Below, in pieces: positions 56,101-64,000 of a stretch of 64,000 bases of DNA (positions are counted from its first letter, which is position 1; each line of letters begins with the position of its first letter). The notes beneath the pieces are model-generated. The model had not been told where the DNA came from, searched no databases, and saw nothing but the letters and a program-made list of their open reading frames with translations. Location of the stretch: contig OZ374559.1 in assembly GCA_977862235.1 (NCBI GenBank), positions 2,666,001 through 2,730,000 on the forward strand. The letters are read 5' to 3'. This DNA is from Dudresnaya verticillata. Taxonomy: Eukaryota. The position numbers were made by a program, and so were the translations under genes.

Positions 56101-57648
56101 CCGCAGTTGTGTGGAAGGAGTGCAGAGTCCGTCAGGCTACTAATTTACAGTAGGAGGCTGGAAAGTTGGCTAGCTATTACCTCGTAGTTGTGGTTGAAGT
56201 ACAAGGAACTTCTCCACAAGGAACTTCTCCACTCAAACTGAAGCTTCCTGATTGTCGACGGCAGTTAAACGATCACGGATCCGCAGGGCGGGCAGGCCAC
56301 AGGAGGTTCAGCCTGCGGTCTTCCGGCATTATTGAAAACATCCGAAATGCATGTACTCGTCCAGCTGAATACCCTCACTGGGATAAGCAAAAGTACATAC
56401 AAAAGGGCCGTGAAACAGAAACCACTCTCTAGGGTTTGCCCAAATGAATAAATTCTGGAGACAAGTCCTTGCGTGTAAAACGGATGACAAGTTGCTAGCA
56501 GCTTGCTCGTGGTGAATATGCACAAAAAAAGGAATAGGCATACGGGCTTTCGAGGGTTCGGAGATCGGCAGGGTGCAACCAGCTGGATGCGAAAACACTG
56601 AAAGCGACTACACGCTCTTTCGATCCCGAATGTAGGTGCAGGAATAGTGCTCTTCTACCGAGCTATCCCATATCGCATCATGCACTCGGAGCTGTTCTAC
56701 AGAGCCATTGGTTTCAACACCGCGTCATTGATCCAGCGTTTGCGTTATTCGAAGAGATATTAACCCCTTACAATAGTGATGTTGATTTTAATGGCTATTT
56801 AGGGTGGTCTTGTACAATAGTGGGTCGATCGCTGCACAATCAAACCTATATACCCAAAAGGACCGCCGTTTGGGCCCTTTACCTCATCATACAAGCAAAT
56901 CAGATTGACTGTAGTTGTACCATTCCCATCAAGTACGCTTAGAACTCCCAGTTGAACGCTTGCATATTGCGTGTGAGCAATTTTTGCCTCAGCGTCACCC
57001 TTGCGAGAGATTTGTAATTCATTTCGTCGCGCAATATGAAGCAATGTATAAGTCTCTGATTGTGAGGTTCTTTCTTCATGGACAACGACAATATCTCCGT
57101 ATCGGTGCTCGACAGAGTTGTGACCGAGAAGAGTACCGTAAGCACAGTATGAATGTCTAAGAAATCACATACACACCATAAACGCACGCAGCCTAATGTT
57201 ATATCAGACACAGATTCGGTCGCGCTACATATACCTTGCTTGCAAACATGTGGCAATATGTCCCCAACAATTCGCAATTCTTGGCCCGGCAACCCCGTCG
57301 AGATGCATGTTCTATCTACATGTGCCGAAGATTTTTCAATGGTTATGTAAATATTTCATGTAAATATTTCTGGGCAGTCCTAATAGCCTCACACAGCGTT
57401 GCATACGCAAAAAAAGGATAAGCTGCACCGGAAACTCTAGGTGCTAGCTTTGATGTGACAATCTATATTCATACATTGCCTATGAGTAAAGCATGAACGA
57501 TTTATCCATTTTCTGAGCATAGTGCTGCAACCAAACGCTGCGACGAAGGTTACAAAAATGAGGACATATACAAGGTTTTCTAAGGTTAATGCTGTTTTGT
57601 GGAGCCGCCCCTAGGAAGAATAATTAAGAAGTGCTGCGAATTAGCATA

Positions 57649-58047
57649 TTATTGCTCCTGAGAGAAGCACGCCTTGGTGGGGCGACATCTTGATGTGATA
57701 CCACGGTAGATCTGGGTCGTGCTCCCGCACAAAGCTGCCCTTTGATAACAGATATTTGAAGTGTCAGTACTCATTTCAACAACAGTACTGGCGTGATCAC
57801 GAGGAGTTCCGCAACAACAGAACCGTATTCTGTGCCCAGCAGGGAATCTGTTTCTCCCGAAGGCATCCACCACGGACCTGAAAGCCATCGTGGTAATTGT
57901 GTTCAAAACCCCATCCTCGCTCTGGTCGACTGCATCTCCGGAAACAACTTCAGCTTTGTCTTTATTTTCTGGGGCAGCCTCTTTGACCGGGTATGCTGCT
58001 ATAACGAATATTGTAAGCAATCAACTGGGGGAGGCGGTAATCTGCAT
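57649..58047 (-). pseudogene. Possible small secreted Cys-rich peptide precursor with an in-frame TGA in the leader
   Basis: MQITASPS*LLTIFVIAAYPV, then an acidic segment, then a C-terminus with 7 Cys. Confidence 0.35.
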
Positions 58048-59636
58048 CTCCCGGCTCGGTTAACCGATATTGCGTGCAGATATCGTGAATTCCTTTTCGT
58101 CAAGAAGTCTTTCCATCGAGTTACACACTGCACCAGAGGCCTATCCGCCATTCAAGATGGAATAACACCCATAGAGCACACTTTTTATAGACCATTAAAT
58201 AGTATTCTGTGTGAGATGTTAAAGACAAGCTTCCTTTGTGGCTAAGAGTCTCCCATTCCTACCCCCTTCAAACTGAAATTATCAATGCGCTGTACTCTGC
58301 AACTCAAAGCCAAAACCTGTGCGGCCGTTAAAACCGCTATGCGTGTGTGATGAGGTTTTTAAACAAAACTTACAACTGCACAGCGATACACGACATGTTT
58401 CTGAAACGTTTCTCGCGTTTAAGGGAAATTATAACGTTCCTTTATAGAAGGAAAAGGGGTTCTTTGGTTCCAGTTAACATTACCCTTTCTAAACTTGTTC
58501 CATCCAAAGGAATATCGAGAACTTCCTCAGACACTATGATGTTGGACGGATATTGCTAAATGGATCTTCTGCATTCATGTTCTTGCATTTTGTTCTTCGT
58601 TTGCCTTTGGGGAGCTTCGCGAGAGCCTATCGTTTTATTTTGATAATAATGACTAGTTTCAATCTCAAACTGAGAAGTTTTTTTGCATTATAGTCATCAT
58701 AACTTGTTGTAAGACAATGACACGCCGCAATTCCAATATGCATTCGATCGACGCAAAAAATCCTTTTCGGCTCATCACAAGACTTTGTCCCAAGCGATAA
58801 AACCATGTGGCACATCGTCGGCTCACAGTGACAATATTTCGGTGTCTGCTCCATATCTCGCAGAGTTCTTTATTACAGTACCGCGCAGAAAACTGTTTCG
58901 CACCTGCAAAGTATACAATAGCACTAGACTCAAAATGATTGTCTCTCGAGCCCAATATCATCATTAAACTTCATGCACAGGTATCAATAGCACAATAGTA
59001 ATAGTTCCTAGTGACCCTGTTCTTGTGTTTGCAGCCGTGATCGCGTGCTTTAGATGATAAAGTTACGCCAGTGGACAGTTTCTGGAGCTGCTTTGCCAGC
59101 AGAGATAAATGTCGAAATTCTTCATTATCTAGACTAACGTGATGGCTGCAAGTTGTTAGAAGCTTTTATCTTTGCGGGGTCTTCAATATATTCTTGTCAT
59201 CTGTTTTCTTTCTATCGAGACCATGGAATACTGTACGATAGAAAATTCCAAAAAGTGTACTGTTCTGGAAAGTCAGAAGACTCTGCCATTGGAATAGCTT
59301 GCCAGCTAGCTTGCACTGTTTTAAGTTTGGTTCAGGATGTATGTTCGCGTAAGATCCGCAGACGCCTGAACGGATAATGCTCAGTAGGCTGATGCCTTTC
59401 TTGTCTTTAGAATAATTGGTAATAACCTGCCCTAACAGACTGCTCAATGCGATATTGAGGGATCTCCGCAAACTGAGCATTTCGTCTTAGAGATGGGAGG
59501 GGAGGTTGGAGGAAAAGTACCAGACCCGAGATGTACTATATAAACACTTGACAATTGCAGGCGACTGATTCATCTACTCCATCCAAGTACCAGTTCCTCA
59601 AGAAACCCCGATTTCGAGTTCAACTCACAAAACGCC

Positions 59637-61133
59637 ATGCAATTCACGGCGACAGCCGCTCTGCTGCTATGGAGCTTGATCAACATTGTTGCTGCTCGCT
59701 CCAGGCAGACTCCCCAATGCACCTACCCTGCTTGGGAGGCCACAGGTATTTATGAAGAAGGAGACTCGGTCTCTCATGAAGCCGCTCAGTACAAGGCGAA
59801 GTGGTGGACCCAAGGTGAGGAGCCTGGAACTACAGGACAATGGGGAGTTTGGGATTACCTCGGACCTTGCTCGGGAACGCCCACGCCAACCCCGACGCCA
59901 ACACCAACTCCGACAGGAACTGGAACACCCACACCGACGCCGCTTCCCGCTGGTTCATTTGTCGGTGCCTATTTCCCGAACTGGGTTAGCTACGATCGAA
60001 GGTATTTCGTCAAAGACATTGATACCAGCGGGTCAGCAGCGAAACTTACGCATATCTTGTATGCGTTTGGAGATGTTGACTCTTCCGGAAAATGCAAAAT
60101 GTACGACACCTGGGCAGAATATGAGAAAGCCTTCTCAGCAGCCGAAAGTGTTGACGGTGTCGCCGATTCATGGGATGATCCCCTTAAGGGTAATTTCAAC
60201 CAGTTGTTGAAGCTCAAGAAAAAGTACCCGCACATCAAGGTGCTGTACTCGATCGGTGGGTGGACTCTCTCAGGTAACTTCGGAACAGCTTCCAAAAACG
60301 CCGCGCAATTCGCACAGTCGTGCTATGATATGATTTATGATCAAAGATGGCTGGGAGTCTTTGATGGCATCGACATCGATTGGGAGTATCCCAATGATTG
60401 CGGACTCACTTGCGACGATAGCGGCCGCGACGCTCTCACAGTCCTGATGAAGGCAGTGCGCGAAAAGTTCCCAACTCAACTCGTATCTGCTGCGATCGCA
60501 GGTGACGCTAGGTCGGACGGAAAACTCACAAAAGCAGATTACGCTGGAGCAATTGAATACATGGACTTTGTGATGGTAATGACGTACGACTACTTCGGTG
60601 CGTGGGATCCCAGTGGTCCAACAGCCCCGAATGCCCCTCTCGAATCGTATGACGGTATTCCGATCGAAGGTATGTATGCCGACCAAGCTATTGACTACCT
60701 GCTGGCCAAGGGCGTGCCGGCCGACAAAATCATTTTCGGCATGCCATTCTACGGCCGTGGATGGCAGGGAGTTTCGCAGTCTGCCCCAGGAGGATCTGCA
60801 ACAGGTCCAGCTCCCGGAACTTGGGAAGAGGGTACTGATGACTACAAGGTCCTTATCAACAGCTGTCCGCCGACAGGGCCCATTGCAGGAACTATGTATG
60901 CATTCTGCTCTGGTGAATGGTGGAGCTATGACACTCCTTCCACCATCGCCAGCAAGGCGATATATGCTGCCAATAAGGGTCTTGGTGGGTCATTTGCATG
61001 GGAGCTGAGTGGCGATACTCCAAACGCAGATATGCTGAACGCCATGGTCTCTGCCTCTAAGTCTGTGAAGTCAAGTTTGAGAGTTCCAGGCATTAAGAAG
61101 AACCTCAAGTGCGATTGCAATTGCTCCGGTTAG
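59637..61133 (+). CDS. Secreted GH18 chitinase with N-terminal CBM5/12 (ChtBD3) and PT linker
   Basis: Signal peptide; AW...IY..GD.VSH...YKAKWWTQGEEPG; (PT)n linker; LTHILYAFG, SIGGW, FDGIDIDWEYP (DxDxE), VMTYDY, GG.FAWELSGD. TATATAAA at 59537-59544. Confidence 0.95.
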   Translation: MQFTATAALLLWSLINIVAARSRQTPQCTYPAWEATGIYEEGDSVSHEAAQYKAKWWTQGEEPGTTGQWGVWDYLGPCSGTPTPTPTPTPTPTGTGTPTPTPLPAGSFVGAYFPNWVSYDRRYFVKDIDTSGSAAKLTHILYAFGDVDSSGKCKMYDTWAEYEKAFSAAESVDGVADSWDDPLKGNFNQLLKLKKKYPHIKVLYSIGGWTLSGNFGTASKNAAQFAQSCYDMIYDQRWLGVFDGIDIDWEYPNDCGLTCDDSGRDALTVLMKAVREKFPTQLVSAAIAGDARSDGKLTKADYAGAIEYMDFVMVMTYDYFGAWDPSGPTAPNAPLESYDGIPIEGMYADQAIDYLLAKGVPADKIIFGMPFYGRGWQGVSQSAPGGSATGPAPGTWEEGTDDYKVLINSCPPTGPIAGTMYAFCSGEWWSYDTPSTIASKAIYAANKGLGGSFAWELSGDTPNADMLNAMVSASKSVKSSLRVPGIKKNLKCDCNCSG

Positions 61134-61270
61134 GAGTTAATTGTGGATCGAGTTTGTTTGATGGTCAAACAGGAATCTCCCGTTATCGAATATTTAGAAG
61201 CGAATTAAGGTTCCAGTTATGATAGACGTAGTTCGAGGCCGTCAATAGCAATAAAGCAGCCGCTAATGAC

Positions 61271-61327
61271 ATCATCATCATCACAACTTTAATGAAGCAA
61301 GACGAACAGCGGAAACCCTAATGACTT
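61271..61327 (-). mobile_element. 57-bp 3'-end insertion with (TGA)n tail; related end at about 55021-55050
   Basis: The minus strand reads CTTCA(T/A)TAAAGTTG(TGA)n. Flanked by AGCCGCT(A/G)ATGAC at 61258-61270 and 61328-61340. Confidence 0.65.
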
Positions 61328-61499
61328 AGCCGCTGATGACTACTGGAAGGCCTGGACTAACGGGACGGCGACGATTCACGGCGAGTGCGGTGAGCTGGAG
61401 AATAACCGAAGTATGAAAATCCTAGCAGTAACGTCAGCTTGCATGCCTTGAAACATAACCATCTCGTAGGAACTCAGATTAGCCGTTACCGCTCGAAAC

Positions 61500-62728
61500 G
61501 CATGGGGCTGACCAACAGTGCTTGGGAATTGGCCGGTCTCCCGCTGCGCCAAGGCGGTTTAGGTCTCACGCATACTTCATGGTTGCCGGATGTTGCTTTT
61601 CTGAGTTCCGTTCTCGCCTGATTGCCGACTATCACTGCTCTACTCGGCGTTTCCGGTTTTAGCGCTCGTACTATCCTCTCTGCTCCTTTACGACGCGAAC
61701 AGAGCATTTTATCCCTCTCGTCATCTGCCGCACCCTATTTCCATGGACTCGCTACTGGCTCGCGGTTTATCCACTGCCTTCCAGCCCACGTACGCCCTAC
61801 AACACGACTTAACCAACCGGCTCCTGCTTGATAAGCTCTCTACCCTGACGCCTGCCTCTCACGATGCTGCCGACATTCGCACTCGTCTACGACTCCAATC
61901 TACTGGTACCTCAAACTCTGCTCGCCCATTCAGCACTATCCCTTTTCACGGGAGTGACCTTCGCGTCGAGTCCGAGATCTGGAAGATCACGGTCCGCCTT
62001 CGTCTCGGTCTCCCGTTGTTCGATGGCGGCCTCCCATGCTCCCGCTGCGCAGCTGACACCTGCTCCTCTATCCCTCTGCTCAACCGCTATGGGCACCATG
62101 CCACCGTCTGTGGCGCTCTCGAAGGGTCTATCCGTTGCCAACATGGCCTTCGAGACAAATTCGCTGCTTATATTCGTACTGTTGCGCTTCATCATGGCGT
62201 CCAACTTCGCCTGGAAGAGCCCGTTGTCGATCCCTCTGACCCCACCCGCGACCCGCTTCGCCTAGACATCTACGTGGACGATCGCAGCTTTTCCCGTAAA
62301 GCACAAGCGTTCGATGTCTCTGTTGTGAGTCCTTTGGAGTCCCCATTCACTGCCGGGCAGAACCGGTCGCGTCGTGGTCAGGCCATCCTTGCCCACGAGA
62401 GGGCGAAACGTAACTATTACCGCACTGTTTGTGATCAATATGACATTGAGCTACACCCGATGGTCATTGATATATATGGGCGCACCGGTGCTGGCCTCGA
62501 CATCGGCGCTCAAGTCTTCGCCAACTTCCTTGCCGAAAAGAAAGGCACTTGCCCGCTTGCTGAGAAACATGCTCTCTTGAATCGTCTTGTCTCGTTTGTT
62601 ACTCAGTTTGTCGCCGTCAGCGTCAATCGTCGCAACTTTAATCCTGCAGATTTGCCTCCTATGTAGTGCTTATGAGTATCCAGTAGGGATGCTCTAGCTT
62701 CATGCTTTCGTAAAGTGATGTTTACCCC
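61500..62728 (+). mobile_element. 5'-truncated CRE-like element (third subfamily)
   Basis: LPLRQGGLGL, RLRLGLPL, CSRC..HHATVC, LRLDIYVDDR..FDVSVVSP, AVSVNRR; the 3' UTR ends TAAAGTGATGTTTACCCC. Confidence 0.85.
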
Positions 62729-63153
62729 GTTCGAATGACAATACGGGCGTCACTCTAATTGTCTTAAGTCTCTTGGTCTCCAATGTGTTCCTCGCAGCGT
62801 CGACTGACGCAAGTTGTCCTCCGCTCTTTTGACTGACAGCCTTAGGCTCCCTTATGGGGCTTCCAGCTATTCTTGAGAAAAGTTAATCCTCCCTTTCATC
62901 ACTAACGCTTATAATAAAGTGTCATTCTCTGGGGATGGAATTTAAATGTCTGGACAGTTTCCTCTCTCGATGACCAGAGCCGGACGGCGGGAGGCAGAGG
63001 ATGGCCTGTTTCTTGGCTAAACATCGGCAGGCTAACTCCAGTCTGAGTCTTGCTGCGGACGCCTAATGCAATTGATGAGCAGCGTCTTCATCGGTTGAGG
63101 GTATGTGTGTGGCGATGTCTTGGAAGGGATCGACAAACGTACTGGACGAAGTT

Positions 63154-64000
63154 GCGTTTTCTGCTCCTTTGGGAACCCCAGGCTTGTTTTCCTCGCTGTT
63201 TGTCTCTACTTCTTCCCCTCCTTCTAGCGCGACTGTGCGGAGCTCTGCAACTGCGGCTCTGCCGTATTTGCGCCGGCAGCTCGCGGGGGGTTTCTTCGCC
63301 TTTCGTGGTGTTTCTGTCTCTCGTTTTCCCCTTGACCCCGCTTGTTTCCACTCGTTGTTCTTGCCACTGTCGTTTACCCTCTGTCGTGTCATCTTGTTCG
63401 TCATGCCTTCAGCCAATCATACTCGTCGTTCGCTCCAAAATGTCCAACAAGAAGCTTTCGTCTCTCTCACGCATGCCACCGTCGATTTTATTGCACTATC
63501 CGCCTCTTTATTGGATCCCGTGGTCGATCTCGGAAATGAAAATGCCTTAGACACCTTCCTTCTCCAGATCTCTGAACTACCTCGCGTTAAGGCTCTTATC
63601 TCGACATTTCAACACAATCTGCACTTTAAATCTCTTCTTCATGTCTTTCTAAACCTCTCTGGACCTGTCCCTGCTTCTACTACTGGTCCGGCTGTGTCAA
63701 GTGCGGTCCCTCCGTCCACCCCTGTTGAAGCCTGTGTGCCGCGTTCTGCACCGGTTCCTGACTCTGAACCCGGACGTTCTGCTTCAAAATCATATCTTAA
63801 TGCTGTTCGGGCGACTCAGAAGCCTACGCCCGTAGGGCGCTTGCCCCTCCTCGGTCGGAACGGGCTCGATCTACAGTGTATCCCACCTCACGCGGCTCTT
63901 ACGCATAAGTTCGCGGGAAATGTTCGTCGTACTAATCGTCGTCTATTCGGGGGAAATGAAAAACGTGTTGTCCGCGTTTCGACTGCGCAAGAGACCGATA
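63154..64000 (+). mobile_element. 5' end and ORF1 start (ATG 63403) of a second copy of the two-ORF element; runs off the window
   Basis: Near-identical to the reverse complement of about 20515-21360. Confidence 0.9.

Noticed and set aside
56201..56232. 15-bp tandem duplication ACAAGGAACTTCTCC
   Set aside because: A single isolated duplication with no associated element; not interpretable.

Overview
Eukaryotic, intron-poor, retroelement-rich window. The gene and transposon content suggests a red alga (inference). No housekeeping genes, rRNA or CRISPR array were seen. Mobile DNA: (1) a young full-length Ty1/Copia element (33193-38466) with non-canonical AAT...ATT LTR ends, a half-tRNAiMet primer site and a Tudor-like domain in Pol; (2) a full-length single-ORF CRE-like (restriction-like endonuclease, RLE) non-LTR element (11039-14864); (3) a two-ORF CRE-like element whose ORFs are joined by a TAATG stop/start overlap (16856-21360), with a second copy starting at 63154; (4) many 5'-truncated non-LTR remnants that share a hairpin + TAAAG + short-repeat 3' end. 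Host genes lean towards defence and cell surface: a TIR-(death-fold-like)-LysM protein, a broken COR-TIR gene, an actinobacterial-type CBM5/12-GH18 chitinase, a Spondin_N protein, a FAS1-Hint (Hog) protein and a family of duplicated low-complexity proteins. The best novelty candidates are the TIR-LysM receptor with its defence neighbourhood, the Tudor-carrying Copia, and the bicistronic CRE-like family with its shared 3' signal. All domain calls come from motif recognition by eye, not from searches.
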